A stretch of DNA of 64,000 bases from an uncultured Chloroflexia bacterium (GCA_963842845.1 CAWJHZ010000007.1:139281-203280); one strand, 5' to 3'. Shown: positions 29,761 through 42,635, numbered from the stretch's first letter. Made by a program: numbers and translations. The notes: generated by a model not told the origin, from the sequence alone.

Positions 29761-29804
29761 CACAATATGTTGGGTTTTGCCCTTGACAGTCCCTATATGT
29801 TGTG
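29761..29804 (+). promoter_or_regulatory. Two NrdR boxes (CACAATATGTTGGG and CCCTATATGTTGTG, 30 bp centre to centre) flanking a TTGACA -35 upstream of nrdR
   Basis: Each 14-mer matches the published NrdR-box consensus (acaCwAtATaTwGtgt) at about 12 of 14 positions. The spacing of roughly three helical turns is typical of tandem NrdR boxes. They lie 14-57 bp upstream of the nrdR ATG. Confidence 0.6.
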
Positions 29805-29817
29805 CCAAAATCCCTCC

Positions 29818-30465
29818 ATGCGATGCCCCTACTGCACTTCTCAGGACACAAGGGTGATCGACTCGCGGGAGGCCGAAGACGGCATCCGGCGGCGGCGGGA
29901 GTGCGCGGCCTGCGGCGAACGCTTCACGACGTACGAGCGTCCGCTGGCTACCGGCCTGCTCGTCGTCAAGAAGGACGGCCGTCGCGAGGAGTACACGCGC
30001 GAGAAGGTGCTGCTGGGCATCCGCAAGGCTTGCGAGAAGCGACCGCTGGCAGTGGGGACGCTGGAGGCGGTCGTCGATGAGATAGAGGCGGTGCTCAACG
30101 AGCAGGGGCTCGCCGAGGTGTCGAGCCGCGACATCGGCGAGATGGTGATGGGGCACCTGCGGCAGTTGGACCAGATAGCCTACATCCGCTTCGCCAGCGT
30201 CTATCACGAGTTCGCCGACCTCGACGACCTGAGGGACGAGGTCGACGCGCTGGAGGCGACGCTGGGGACCGCGGAGGGCACAAGCCAGCCGCCGCTCATC
30301 CCGGAAGAGGAGTTGCAAGGCCTGGCCAGGTCACCGGCGTGGCGGGCCTTTCAGTACGGCAAGGGGGCAAAGACTCGTTATCGGCAGAGGCGGGCCGTCT
30401 CGGCGGCCGCCGGCGAGGCGAAAGGAAGCGCCTCGTCGTCCGCTCGACGGGGCGGCCCAGGATAA
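29818..30465 (+). CDS. nrdR: Transcriptional repressor NrdR (zinc ribbon + ATP-cone) with a C-terminal extension
   Basis: MRCPYCTSQDTRVIDSREAEDGIRRRRECAACGERFTTYE is the hallmark NrdR zinc-ribbon N-terminus. An ATP-cone follows, and a tail of about 60 aa is not typical of NrdR. Confidence 0.85.
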   Translation: MRCPYCTSQDTRVIDSREAEDGIRRRRECAACGERFTTYERPLATGLLVVKKDGRREEYTREKVLLGIRKACEKRPLAVGTLEAVVDEIEAVLNEQGLAEVSSRDIGEMVMGHLRQLDQIAYIRFASVYHEFADLDDLRDEVDALEATLGTAEGTSQPPLIPEEELQGLARSPAWRAFQYGKGAKTRYRQRRAVSAAAGEAKGSASSSARRGGPG

Positions 30466-30492
30466 TCAGGCAAAGGAACGCATCTCACCAAG

Positions 30493-30798
30493 ATGGAGTC
30501 GGAATACGGTCGTGACTACGGTCGGGTGCTGAACGGCGGCGGCGAAGTGCTGGCGACGGGCGCGTTCGAGATCAACAAGGAGCGCTGCGAGATCGTCTTC
30601 CGGCCCGTCGTCGATAGCAGCCTGCTGGACAAGGAGACCGGCCCGCTGATCATGGAGCTGGACGACGGACGCATGCTGGACATCGCCGGCAAGTACCTTC
30701 GCTTCCGTCTCCTCGGGCCCGACGGGGAGCGCCAGTCGATCTACCGCCTCCGCTACGCTGCGGGGCAGGAGGCCCGCGGCTCCCCCGTCTCCAGTTGA
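30493..30798 (+). CDS. Hypothetical protein (101 aa) encoded between nrdR and nrdJ
   Basis: Codon periodicity is strongly coding-like (GC3-rich) and an AAGGAA lies upstream of the ATG. I recognise no domain. It is co-oriented and tightly spaced with nrdR and nrdJ. Confidence 0.55.
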   Translation: MESEYGRDYGRVLNGGGEVLATGAFEINKERCEIVFRPVVDSSLLDKETGPLIMELDDGRMLDIAGKYLRFRLLGPDGERQSIYRLRYAAGQEARGSPVSS

Positions 30799-30894
30799 GA
30801 CACCGGCCAAAGAACGCTGCCCCCAGCCAGAAGGGGACGGCGCGCACGCGCTTTAGACCATTTCGGTCGGATTCCCGGGAAAGGAAAAGGGGCC

Positions 30895-33609
<2,715 letters not shown>

Positions 33610-33790
33610 CGTGTTTGGAAGCTGTCGGCGGACTCCCCCGCCACCAGCCGCCCGACAGCGATCTAGAAGTGGCGTCCCTGATTCGTCAGGGGCGCCACTC
33701 ACTATCTGCGCGCGACGGAAATGATAAACTGGATTTACCAAGAATCCGGACCAGGGAACCCTGGGTAGAGGACGACCCGGAGGTGCACCT

Positions 33791-36142
33791 ATGGCAAGCA
33801 AAGCTCACCCCGACTCCATCGCTCTCTCCGATAACGCGCGCGTAGTGCTCGAGCGGCGCTACCTGGCGAAGGACGAGCGCGGCCGCGCCGTCGAGACGCC
33901 GGAGCAGCTATTCCAGCGCGTCGCGCACAACATCGCCGGCGCCGAGAGCGCATACGGCGACGCGCCGCAGGTGGACTTCTGGGAGCAGCGCTTCCTCGAC
34001 GTGATGACAAGCCTGCGCTTCCTCCCCAACTCGCCGACGCTGGGGAACGCCGGTCAGCCGCTGCAACAGCTCGCGGCCTGCTTCGTCCTGCCGGTCGAGG
34101 ACTCGATGGAAGGCATCTTCGGCGCGATCTGCAACATGGCGGTGATCCACAAAAGCGGCGGCGGCACCGGCTTCTCGTTCAGCAGGCTGCGCCCGGCCGG
34201 CGACATGGTTCGAAGCACGGCAGGCCTGGCCAGCGGGCCGGTATCGTTCATGAAGGTCTTCGACGCGGCGACGGAGGCGATAAAGCAGGGCGGCACGCGT
34301 CGCGGCGCCAACATGGCGATCCTCAACGTCGAGCACCCGGACATCGAGGAGTTCATCCGCGTGAAGTCGGACATGGTGACGCTGACGAACTTCAACGTCT
34401 CGGTGGGCGTGAACGAGCGGTTCATGGAGGCGGTAGAGCGCGACGAGGAGTTCTCACTCGTCAACCCGCGCACACGGAGAGCGGTCGGCAAGCGACGGGC
34501 GCGGGCCATCTTCCGCCTCATCGTCGAGAACGCCTGGGGGAACGGCGACCCCGGCCTCGTGTTCATCGACCGGGTGAACCGCGACAACCCGACGCCGCGG
34601 CTGGGGCCCATCGAAGCGACCAACCCCTGCGGCGAGCAGCCGCTGCTGCCGTATGAGTCGTGCACGCTGGGCTCCATCAACCTGTCGCGGTTCGTTAAGG
34701 AAAGCGAGCGCGAGGTCGACTGGGAAGCGCTGGCGGCCACGGTGCCGGTCTGCGTCCGCTTCCTCGACGACGTCATCGACGTGAACCACTATCCGATGCC
34801 GGAGATCGCGGAGATGACGCTGAAGACGCGGAAGATCGGCCTCGGCGTCATGGGCTGGGCCGACCTCCTCTTCCGGCTCCGCATTCCTTACGACTCCGAC
34901 GACGCGCTCAAGCTGGGCGAGCAAATGATGTCGTTCATCCAGGAGAAGGCGGACGCGGCGTCGGCGGAGCTGGCGCAGGAGCGCGGGACGTTCCCGGCCT
35001 GGGAGGACAGCGTCTACGCGGCGGGCCGTGAGCGGCGCCCGCTGCGCAACTCGACGCGGACGACGGTGGCGCCCACGGGCACGCTGTCGATAATCGCCGA
35101 CTGCTCCGGCGGCATCGAGCCGGTCTTCTCGCTGGCGTTCACGCGGCAGCACTTCCTCGATCCGCACAATCCCAGGACGGCGACGAAGCTGACAGAGGTG
35201 AACAAGCATTTCGAGCGCGTCGCCAAAGAGGAAGGCTTCTATTCGAAGAAGCTGATCGACGGGCTCGCGGCCGGCGCCAGCCTTCGCGACCATCCGAAGC
35301 TCCCGGGCTGGGCAAAGGGCGTCTTCGTGTCGGCGCACGACGTCGCGCCCGAGTGGCACGTGCGGATGCAGGCGGCGTTCCAGCGCCACACGGACAACGC
35401 CGTGAGCAAGACGATCAACTTCCGTCAGGAGGCGACGCCGGACGACGTGGAGCGAGCGTACCTGCTCGCCTATCACGAAGGGTGCAAGGGGATCACGATC
35501 TATCGCGACGGGTCGCGGGAGATGCAGGTGCTGTCGCACACGACGGCGAGGGGCCCCGAGCAGCAGGAGGCGATAGCGGCGGAGCGGTCGCTGGGAGCGG
35601 GCCCGTCGTCGCTGCGTCCCGGCGAGCCGTATCGACGACGCCTGCCGGACCAAAGAGCGTCGCTGACGCACAAGTTCCAGGTGGGCGACCAGGAGGGATA
35701 CCTCACAGTCGGCCTGTACGACGACGGCAGCCCGGGCGAGGTGTTCGTCACGATCTCGAAAGAAGGGTCTACGATACGCGGGCTCATGGACTCGGTGGCG
35801 GTGCTGACGTCGCTGGCTCTGCAGTACGGCGTGCCGCTGGAGGACCTGGCGCGGAAGTTCGAAGGGACGCGCTTCGAGCCGTACGGATTCACAAACAACC
35901 CGGAGTTGCGTCAGGCGACGTCGCTGGTCGACTACATCTTCCGCTGGCTGGAGCAGCGCTTCGGCGAGGGGAAGAAGGCGCCCCCGCCGAGCGGGCCGTC
36001 GCGCGGTCGCAAGAAGGGGGCGCCTCTGCCGGCGAGCGGGGATATCAGCACAGGAGTAGCGTGTCCGGACTGCGGGTCGGTGCTGGTGTTCGCGGAGGGC
36101 TGCCTGGCGTGCCGCTCCTGCGGCTATGAGCGCTGCGCATAA
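33791..36142 (+). CDS. nrdJ: Adenosylcobalamin-dependent (class II) ribonucleotide reductase NrdJ, paralog 2 (783 aa)
   Basis: Typical NrdJ N-terminus (RYLAKDERGRAVETPEQLFQRVA...LPNSPTLGNAG), with NPCGEQ and CTLGSINL active-site segments and a C-terminal zinc ribbon (CPDCGS...CLACRSCGY). Confidence 0.85.
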   Translation: MASKAHPDSIALSDNARVVLERRYLAKDERGRAVETPEQLFQRVAHNIAGAESAYGDAPQVDFWEQRFLDVMTSLRFLPNSPTLGNAGQPLQQLAACFVLPVEDSMEGIFGAICNMAVIHKSGGGTGFSFSRLRPAGDMVRSTAGLASGPVSFMKVFDAATEAIKQGGTRRGANMAILNVEHPDIEEFIRVKSDMVTLTNFNVSVGVNERFMEAVERDEEFSLVNPRTRRAVGKRRARAIFRLIVENAWGNGDPGLVFIDRVNRDNPTPRLGPIEATNPCGEQPLLPYESCTLGSINLSRFVKESEREVDWEALAATVPVCVRFLDDVIDVNHYPMPEIAEMTLKTRKIGLGVMGWADLLFRLRIPYDSDDALKLGEQMMSFIQEKADAASAELAQERGTFPAWEDSVYAAGRERRPLRNSTRTTVAPTGTLSIIADCSGGIEPVFSLAFTRQHFLDPHNPRTATKLTEVNKHFERVAKEEGFYSKKLIDGLAAGASLRDHPKLPGWAKGVFVSAHDVAPEWHVRMQAAFQRHTDNAVSKTINFRQEATPDDVERAYLLAYHEGCKGITIYRDGSREMQVLSHTTARGPEQQEAIAAERSLGAGPSSLRPGEPYRRRLPDQRASLTHKFQVGDQEGYLTVGLYDDGSPGEVFVTISKEGSTIRGLMDSVAVLTSLALQYGVPLEDLARKFEGTRFEPYGFTNNPELRQATSLVDYIFRWLEQRFGEGKKAPPPSGPSRGRKKGAPLPASGDISTGVACPDCGSVLVFAEGCLACRSCGYERCA

Positions 36143-36852
36143 TGAAAAGCACGGCAACATCGAACGCAGGGGCCAGCGCCATCGCCGCAAACCTGCGGCG
36201 CGTGCAAGAACGCGTCGATGCCGCTTGCCGGCGCGTCGGACGCTCGCCCGCGGACGTCACGATCGTCGGCGTCAGCAAGGGCTTCCCCGTCGAGGCCGTC
36301 GTTGCTGCCTGGCAGGCCGGGCTGCGCGACATCGGCGAGAACCGCGTCCAGGAAGCAGCAGCGAAGCTTCCCACGGCGATGGCCCGCGGCGCTGCGTTCC
36401 GCTGTCACCTCGTCGGCCACCTTCAGACCAACAAGGTAAAGACCGCAATCGACCTGTTTGATATAATCCAGTCAGTGGATTCGCTCCGCCTGGCGGAGGC
36501 CATCAGCAGGACAGCCGGCAAGCCGATAAGCGTCCTGCTGGAGGTGAACGTCGCGGCTGAAGAGTCGAAGTACGGCCTGAAGCCGGACGACGTGCCGCAG
36601 GCGCTGGAGCGCATTCGCTCTCTGCCGAACATCAACGTGGTAGGACTGATGACCGTCGCGCCGGCGGCGTCCGACGCGGAGCAGGTGCGGCCGGTCTTCC
36701 GGCGACTGCGTGAGATGGCGGAGTCGCTCGGCCTGCCGGAGCTATCGATGGGCATGAGCGACGACTTCGAGGTCGCGGTGGAAGAGGGCGCGACGATGAT
36801 AAGGATCGGACGCGCTATCTTTGGGCCACGGCCCGAGCGGAGTGAAGAATGA
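36142..36852 (+). CDS. yggS: YggS-family pyridoxal-phosphate homeostasis protein (alanine-racemase-N fold)
   Basis: VTIVGVSKGFPVEAV...GENRVQEAAAKL...HLVGHLQTNKVK are YggS/PLPBP motifs. Confidence 0.85.
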   Translation: MKSTATSNAGASAIAANLRRVQERVDAACRRVGRSPADVTIVGVSKGFPVEAVVAAWQAGLRDIGENRVQEAAAKLPTAMARGAAFRCHLVGHLQTNKVKTAIDLFDIIQSVDSLRLAEAISRTAGKPISVLLEVNVAAEESKYGLKPDDVPQALERIRSLPNINVVGLMTVAPAASDAEQVRPVFRRLREMAESLGLPELSMGMSDDFEVAVEEGATMIRIGRAIFGPRPERSEE

Positions 36853-37649
36853 AGGTCGGATTCATAGGCGGCGGAAAGATGGCGGAGGCGCTTATCGGCG
36901 CCCTGCTCGTCAACGGCGTCTCCTCGCCGGAGGAGCTCGCCGTCGGCGAGCCGCTGCCCGCCCGGCGGCAGACGCTGGCGGAGCAGTACCACGTCCAGGC
37001 CTCCGCCGACAACCGCAAGACGCTAGCGGGCGCTGAGCTCGTTGTCGTCGCCGTCAAGCCGAACCAGTTCGGCGCCGTCGCCGCGAATCTGCAGGGGCAG
37101 CTTCAGTCGGACCAGACGGCCGTCTCCATCATGGCCGGGATTACGCTGAAGGGGCTGCGCGAAAGCCTTCGCCACGAGCGAGTCGTGCGGGTGATGCCGA
37201 ACCCGCCGGCGCAGATCGGCGAGGGGATGAGCGTCTGGACGGCGACACACGAGGTCGACGAGGAGGCGCGGCAGAAGGTGCGGCGGCTTCTCCAGGCGGC
37301 GGGCAAGGAGCTGTACGTCGAAGAGGAGCGTTTCATCGACATGGCGACCGCCGTGTCGGGCAGCGGCGCCGGCTTCGTCTTCCTGCTCATCGAAGCGTTC
37401 ATCGACGGCGCCGTGCACATCGGCGTGCCGCGCGACATGGCGCGCGAGCTCGTGGTCCAAACGTTCGCGGGCTCAGCGGCGCTGGTGGACCGCTCCGGCA
37501 AGACGCCCGGCGACCTGCGGGCAATGACGACGACACCCGGCGGCACCACGGCCGAAGGGCTGCTGGTATTGGAAGAGGCGGGAATCCGCGCCGCCGTAAC
37601 GGAAGCACTCATTGCGGCCTTCGAGAAGTCGAAGGCCCTGGGAGGTTGA
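36849..37649 (+). CDS. proC: Pyrroline-5-carboxylate reductase
   Basis: MKVGFIGGGKMAEALIGAL is the Rossmann N-terminus, with a ProC C-terminal dimerisation domain. Confidence 0.85.
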   Translation: MKVGFIGGGKMAEALIGALLVNGVSSPEELAVGEPLPARRQTLAEQYHVQASADNRKTLAGAELVVVAVKPNQFGAVAANLQGQLQSDQTAVSIMAGITLKGLRESLRHERVVRVMPNPPAQIGEGMSVWTATHEVDEEARQKVRRLLQAAGKELYVEEERFIDMATAVSGSGAGFVFLLIEAFIDGAVHIGVPRDMARELVVQTFAGSAALVDRSGKTPGDLRAMTTTPGGTTAEGLLVLEEAGIRAAVTEALIAAFEKSKALGG

Positions 37650-37656
37650 GCAATCC

Positions 37657-37911
37657 ATGCTCTTTGTCAAATTCGTCCAGGTATTCACGGACATCATGAT
37701 CGCGGCGATATTCATCCGCGCCATCATGTCATGGGTGACCAACGATCCGCGCAACCCGCTGATCTCGGCGCTCGATCAGATAACGGAACCGATCCTGGGG
37801 CCGCTGCGTCGCGTAATGCCGCGAATGGGCATGTTCGACTTCACGCCGATGGTCGCCATCTTCATCCTCTTCGCGATCCAGACCATCGTCACGAACGCTT
37901 ACTCGGGATAG
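37657..37911 (+). CDS. yggT: YggT-family membrane protein
   Basis: An 84-aa two-TM protein (MLFVKFVQVFTDIMIAAIFIRAIMSWV). GGAGG lies 8 nt upstream of the ATG at 37657. Confidence 0.75.
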   Translation: MLFVKFVQVFTDIMIAAIFIRAIMSWVTNDPRNPLISALDQITEPILGPLRRVMPRMGMFDFTPMVAIFILFAIQTIVTNAYSG

Positions 37912-38176
37912 CGGCCGCAAGGCGGGCTCGGGCCTCTTCCTCCGTCAGCCCCTCGACAGCGACGACCTTGTTGCGCTGCGTCTGCCCGACGACGAGCGTT
38001 AGCCGGCTTTGCGGCACGTCGAGGGCCCGCGCCAGGAGGCGGAGCAGCGCCTGATTGGCGCGACCTTCGACCGGCGGCGCAGCGACGCGGACGCGCAGGA
38101 CGTCCTCTTCCCAACTGACAACCTGGTCGCGCGATGCCTTCGGCGTCAGTCGGATCGACAGCCGGTATTCCGCCAT
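37889..38176 (-). CDS. DUF167 (YggU-like) protein
   Basis: MAEYRLSIRLTPKASRDQVVSWEEDVLRVRVAAPPVEGRANQALLRLLARALDVP is the canonical DUF167 sequence. It is convergent with yggT. Confidence 0.75.
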   Translation of the reverse strand: MAEYRLSIRLTPKASRDQVVSWEEDVLRVRVAAPPVEGRANQALLRLLARALDVPQSRLTLVVGQTQRNKVVAVEGLTEEEARARLAAAIPSKRS

Positions 38177-38345
38177 GCGGCCATGATAGCAGAACGGGGC
38201 CGCATCGCTACCCAAAGAAAGTCGAACATTTTTTCGTTTTTCGGGCGATTTTGTCTTGCCGAGGCCCTCAGCAGGTGCTATCATTCCGGAGAAACGAGCA
38301 ATTTGAGAGGTTACCTTAGCTATTTCAGGTACAGGAGGTTGGCGC

Positions 38346-39404
38346 ATGGCTGACAACGGAGACAAGAGTCAGGCGCTGGACTTGGCTATCGGCCACATCG
38401 AGAAGCAGTTCGGCAAGGGCGCCATCATGCGCCTGGGCGAGGCGTCGGCGCACCTGCAGATAGAAGCGATCCCGACCGGATCGATTTCGCTGGACATGGC
38501 GCTCGGCATCGGCGGGATACCGCGCGGGCGGGTGACGGAGATATTCGGGCCGGAGTCGGCGGGCAAGTCCACGCTGGCGCAGCACATCATCGCCGAGGCG
38601 CAGAAGACGGGCGGCACGGCGGCCTACATCGACGTCGAGCATGCCCTCGACCCGACCTACGCCGGGGCCTGCGGCATCAAGATCGACGACCTGCTCGTGT
38701 CGCAGCCCGATACGGGCGAGCAGGCGCTGGAGATCACCGAGGCGCTGGTGCGCAGCAACGCCGTCGACGTCATCGTCATCGACAGCGTAGCGGCGCTGGT
38801 GCCGCGGGCGGAGATCGAAGGCGACATGGGCGACTCGCTTCCCGGCCTCCAGGCGCGGCTCATGTCGCAGGCGATGCGCAAGCTGTCGGCGGCGATCGCC
38901 CGCTCGCGCACGGCGGTCATTTTCATCAACCAGCTTCGCGAGAAAGTGGGCATCGTGTTCGGCAACCCGGAGGTTACGCCGGGCGGTCGGGCGCTCAAGT
39001 TCTACAGCTCCGTCCGCATCGACCTGCGGCGCATCGAGAGCCTGAAGCAAGGGCAGCAGTTCATCGGCAGCCGCGTGCGGGCGAAGGTCGTGAAGAACAA
39101 AGTCGCGCCGCCCTTCCGCCTGGCGGAGTTCGACATCATGTTCGTCGGTAAGGACCTGGGCATCAGCCGTCAGGGCGACATCCTGGACCTGGCGGTGGAG
39201 ATGGGCATCGTCAAGAAACTGGGCGCCTTCTTCAGCTATGGCGAGCAGCGCCTGGGCCAGGGGCGGGAGAACGCGAAGGACTTCCTGCGCGACAACCCGG
39301 AGTTGACGGCGGAGATCGAGTCGAAGATCAGGAGCGGCGGCGGCGGGAACGGCGTCGCGGCGCCGGAGCCGGAGCTGGAAGAGGCAACGGAGCCGTCGCT
39401 GTAG
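38346..39404 (+). CDS. recA: Recombinase RecA
   Basis: [20 protein letters not shown] is the Walker A motif, and the L1/L2 loop regions are present. Confidence 0.95.
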   Translation: MADNGDKSQALDLAIGHIEKQFGKGAIMRLGEASAHLQIEAIPTGSISLDMALGIGGIPRGRVTEIFGPESAGKSTLAQHIIAEAQKTGGTAAYIDVEHALDPTYAGACGIKIDDLLVSQPDTGEQALEITEALVRSNAVDVIVIDSVAALVPRAEIEGDMGDSLPGLQARLMSQAMRKLSAAIARSRTAVIFINQLREKVGIVFGNPEVTPGGRALKFYSSVRIDLRRIESLKQGQQFIGSRVRAKVVKNKVAPPFRLAEFDIMFVGKDLGISRQGDILDLAVEMGIVKKLGAFFSYGEQRLGQGRENAKDFLRDNPELTAEIESKIRSGGGGNGVAAPEPELEEATEPSL

Positions 39405-39474
39405 AGCAGCTACGATTATGAGGTGAGGGGCCGGGCCTTGCTGGCACGGCCCTTTCACATCGGCGGAGACAATC

Positions 39475-40107
39475 GTGATCATCACCGGCGTCGAACGGCA
39501 GCGAGGGCGACGGCGCGTCAACGTGTTCGTCGACGGGCGGTTCGCGCTGTCGCTGGGGCGCAGCTTCGCGCAAGAGAAGGGACTGCACGCCGGCATGGCC
39601 ATCGACGAGGCAGGGCTGCAGGAGCTGCACGCCGAGGACGAGCGTCGCACGGCCTACGATGGCGCCCTCCACCTTCTTTCCTACCGACCGCGTAGCGAGA
39701 GGGAGATGCGGCAGCGCCTTCGTCGCCTCAACGTCTCGGCTGAAGCGATCGATGAGACGGTGGCGAGGCTGCTGGCGTCGCACTACCTGGACGACGCCGC
39801 CTTCGCCGAGTTCTGGCGCGAGAGCCGCGCTAACCTCAGCCCCCGCAGCCAACGTCTCGTCCGCAGCGAGCTCCTCTACAAGGGCGTAGACGCGGACACG
39901 GCGACGACGGCGGTGGACGTTCTCGACGACGACGAGTCGGCGTACCGGGCGGCGTCCAAGCGGCTGAAGGCGCTCGCGGGCGCGGACTACGACGACTTCC
40001 GGCGGCGACTGGGCGGCTTCCTGACGCGTCGCGGTTTCGGCTACGAGACGGTGCGCCGGACGCTGGAGCGCTGCTGGCGAGAAACGGGCCACGACGCATG
40101 CTCGTAA
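39475..40107 (+). CDS. recX: RecA regulator RecX
   Basis: A three-helix-repeat RecX-like protein immediately downstream of recA. Confidence 0.75.
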   Translation: MIITGVERQRGRRRVNVFVDGRFALSLGRSFAQEKGLHAGMAIDEAGLQELHAEDERRTAYDGALHLLSYRPRSEREMRQRLRRLNVSAEAIDETVARLLASHYLDDAAFAEFWRESRANLSPRSQRLVRSELLYKGVDADTATTAVDVLDDDESAYRAASKRLKALAGADYDDFRRRLGGFLTRRGFGYETVRRTLERCWRETGHDACS

Positions 40108-40144
40108 CCGCCTCTTCTAGCGCCTCCAGCAAGCCCCTCCTTCC

Positions 40145-40173
40145 TTGACAGAGCCATCGGCGAGACCTATCAT
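40145..40173 (+). promoter_or_regulatory. Candidate sigma70 promoter for rny: TTGACA, 17 nt, TATCAT
   Basis: A consensus-like -35 and -10 with 17-bp spacing lie about 65 bp upstream of the rny start. Confidence 0.45.
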
Positions 40174-40236
40174 GAGGGGCAGAAGTTTACCTTCTGAACC
40201 TTCACAATTTATCGGTTTTAGCTACAGGAAAGCGAG

Positions 40237-41775
40237 GTGACAATGCCCGCAGCCATCGCGATTATCCTCATTGGGATTCTAGCGCTGGCGGTCGGGGCTC
40301 TCGTTGGATACAACATACGGCTCAGGATCAATCAGACGCAGATCGCCGCGGCGGAGCGGAATGCTGCCAAGATCCTTTCGGAGGCACAGACAAGACAAAA
40401 GGAGATCCTACTAGAAGCCAAAGAGGAGGCTATTCGTGCCCGAGCTCAGGGCGAAGGGGAGATAAGAGAACGACGCGCTGAGCTGCAGAAGTCGGAGCAA
40501 CGCCTCACTCAAAAAGAAGAGAGCCTGGATCGCAAGATTGAGGCCCTGGAGCGTCGCACCAACGCCCTGTCCGACCAGGAGAAGGCGCTGGAGGAAACGC
40601 GGCAGGAGCTCCAGGGGCTTCACCAGAAGCAGTTAGCAGAAATAGAAAGAATATCCGGCCTTACCAGTCAGGAGGCCCGCGAGATCCTCCTCTCGGAAGT
40701 CGAGAACGAGGTCCGCGCCGAGGCCAACCGAAGGGTGAAACTGGTAGAGGCGGAGGTCAAGGAAGAGGGTGCCGAACGCGCCCGCAAGCTCCTCGTTGCC
40801 GTCATGCAACGGCTCAGCACCGACGTGACCTCGGAGTCCACCGTCAGCGTCGTCCCCATACCAAGCGACGACATGAAGGGACGCATCATCGGTCGCGAGG
40901 GGCGCAACATACGCGCTCTGGAGGCGGCCACCGGCGTCGACCTCATCATCGATGACACGCCGGACGCCGTAACGCTCTCCGCCTTCGACCCGGTGCGGCG
41001 CGAGATCGCGCGCGTCGCCCTCACGCGCCTGGTGACCGACGGCCGCATCCACCCCACTCGCATAGAGGAGGTGGTGGAGAAGGCGCGCCAGGAGGTGGAT
41101 GCCGACATCAAGCTTGCCGGCGAACAGGCGGCGGTAGACGCCGGCTGCCCCGGCCTGCACCCCGAGCTACTGAAGACGCTCGGTCGACTGCGCTACCGGA
41201 CGAGCTACGGCCAGAACCAACTGAAGCACGCCGTCGAGTGCGCCCACGTCTGCGGCATGATCGCGGACGAGATCGGCGCCGACGTGCGCGTGGCGCGACG
41301 CGCCGGCCTGCTGCACGACATCGGCAAGGCGCTGGACCACGACATCGAGGGCACACACGCCCTCCTGGGCGCGGACCTGCTGCGTCGATTCGGCATGAGC
41401 CCCGCCGTCGTGCACGCCGTAGCTGCGCACCACGAAGAGGAGGAGCCGCAGTCGGTCGAAGCGGTCATCGTCCAGGTGTCAGACTCCGTCAGCGGCGGAC
41501 GTCCCGGCGCACGGCGCGAGACGCTGGAGCACTACATCAAGCGAATGCAGTCGCTGGAGGCGGTCGCGCACGAGTTCAAGGGCGTCGAGAAGGCGTTCGC
41601 CATCCAGGCTGGTCGCGAGATCCGGATTATTGTCAAGCCGGAGGAGATCGACGACCTGGAGTCGATGCGTTTGGCGCGCGACATCAGTCGTAAGATTGAA
41701 GAGACGCTGGAATACCCCGGGCAGGTGAAAGTCACAGTCGTAAGGGAAACACGTGCTGTGGAGTATGCCCGCTAG
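40237..41775 (+). CDS. rny: Ribonuclease Y
   Basis: An N-terminal TM helix and a long coiled-coil are followed by a KH domain (IIGREGRNIRALE) and an HD domain (LLHDIGKA ... HH). Confidence 0.9.
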   Translation: MTMPAAIAIILIGILALAVGALVGYNIRLRINQTQIAAAERNAAKILSEAQTRQKEILLEAKEEAIRARAQGEGEIRERRAELQKSEQRLTQKEESLDRKIEALERRTNALSDQEKALEETRQELQGLHQKQLAEIERISGLTSQEAREILLSEVENEVRAEANRRVKLVEAEVKEEGAERARKLLVAVMQRLSTDVTSESTVSVVPIPSDDMKGRIIGREGRNIRALEAATGVDLIIDDTPDAVTLSAFDPVRREIARVALTRLVTDGRIHPTRIEEVVEKARQEVDADIKLAGEQAAVDAGCPGLHPELLKTLGRLRYRTSYGQNQLKHAVECAHVCGMIADEIGADVRVARRAGLLHDIGKALDHDIEGTHALLGADLLRRFGMSPAVVHAVAAHHEEEEPQSVEAVIVQVSDSVSGGRPGARRETLEHYIKRMQSLEAVAHEFKGVEKAFAIQAGREIRIIVKPEEIDDLESMRLARDISRKIEETLEYPGQVKVTVVRETRAVEYAR

Positions 41776-41855
41776 CAAGAGAGGGAGCGGAGTCGGTCGC
41801 TAGAAGCGGCGGCTAACCGAGGGATAGACCCGCTCCCTATCTCTGTGTCCGCGAG

Positions 41856-42635
41856 GTGCGCTTGAAGGTCCTGATGGTCGGCGATGCCGTGGGCCGGACT
41901 GGCCGCGAGGCGCTGGCGACGCTGTTGCCGGCGCTTCGCCGCGAGCTGGCGGTGGACGTCGTCATCGCCAACGGCGAGAACGCGGCTGCCGGACGCGGCC
42001 TGACGCCGAACGTAGCAGAAGAGATGCTCCGCTGCGGCGTCGACGTCATCACGACCGGCAACCACGTCTGGGACCAGAAAGAGATCATCCCTTACCTGGA
42101 CTCGGGCGCGCCGATCCTGCGACCCTTGAACTACCCTTCCGGCGCTCCGGGACGCGGCGTCTTGCAGCACGATGGCCTGACGGTTATTAATCTACAGGGA
42201 CGCGTGTTCATGGTCGATATCGACGACCCGTTTCGGATCGTCGACCGGGCGCTGGCGGAGTTGCGCGACGGCGCTGTCGTCATCGTCGACATGCACGCGG
42301 AGGCGACGAGCGAGAAGATGGCGATGGGCTGGTACCTGGACGGGCGGGTGAGCGCGGTCCTGGGAACGCACACCCACGTGCCGACGGCGGATGCGCGCGT
42401 CCTGCCGCGGGGGACAGCCTTCGTTTGCGACGTCGGCATGACGGGCGCGCGCGACTCGGTGATTGGCGACATGGTCGAAGGCGTGCTGCAGCGCTTCCTG
42501 ACGGCGATGCCGGTGCGGCTGCAGCCGGCCAGCGGGCCGGCCGTCCTCAACGCCGTCCTCCTGGACATCGATGAGCAAACCGGGCGGGCGCGTAGCATCG
42601 TCCGCGTGGACAGGGAAACCGGCGATGACCAGTAA
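41856..42635 (+). CDS. ymdB: YmdB-like 2',3'-cyclic-nucleotide phosphodiesterase (TIGR00282 metallophosphoesterase)
   Basis: MRLKVLMVGDAVGRTGR...VIANGENAAAGRG...TTGNHVWD. It follows rny, as is conserved in Firmicutes-like recA-rny-ymdB loci. Confidence 0.85.
   Translation: MRLKVLMVGDAVGRTGREALATLLPALRRELAVDVVIANGENAAAGRGLTPNVAEEMLRCGVDVITTGNHVWDQKEIIPYLDSGAPILRPLNYPSGAPGRGVLQHDGLTVINLQGRVFMVDIDDPFRIVDRALAELRDGAVVIVDMHAEATSEKMAMGWYLDGRVSAVLGTHTHVPTADARVLPRGTAFVCDVGMTGARDSVIGDMVEGVLQRFLTAMPVRLQPASGPAVLNAVLLDIDEQTGRARSIVRVDRETGDDQ

Noticed and set aside
34454-36190. A 578-aa minus-strand ORF opposite nrdJ2.
   Set aside because: Antisense to a conserved RNR gene. Arg-rich artefact.
38325-39650. 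A 441-aa minus-strand ORF opposite recA/recX.
   Set aside because: Antisense to recA.
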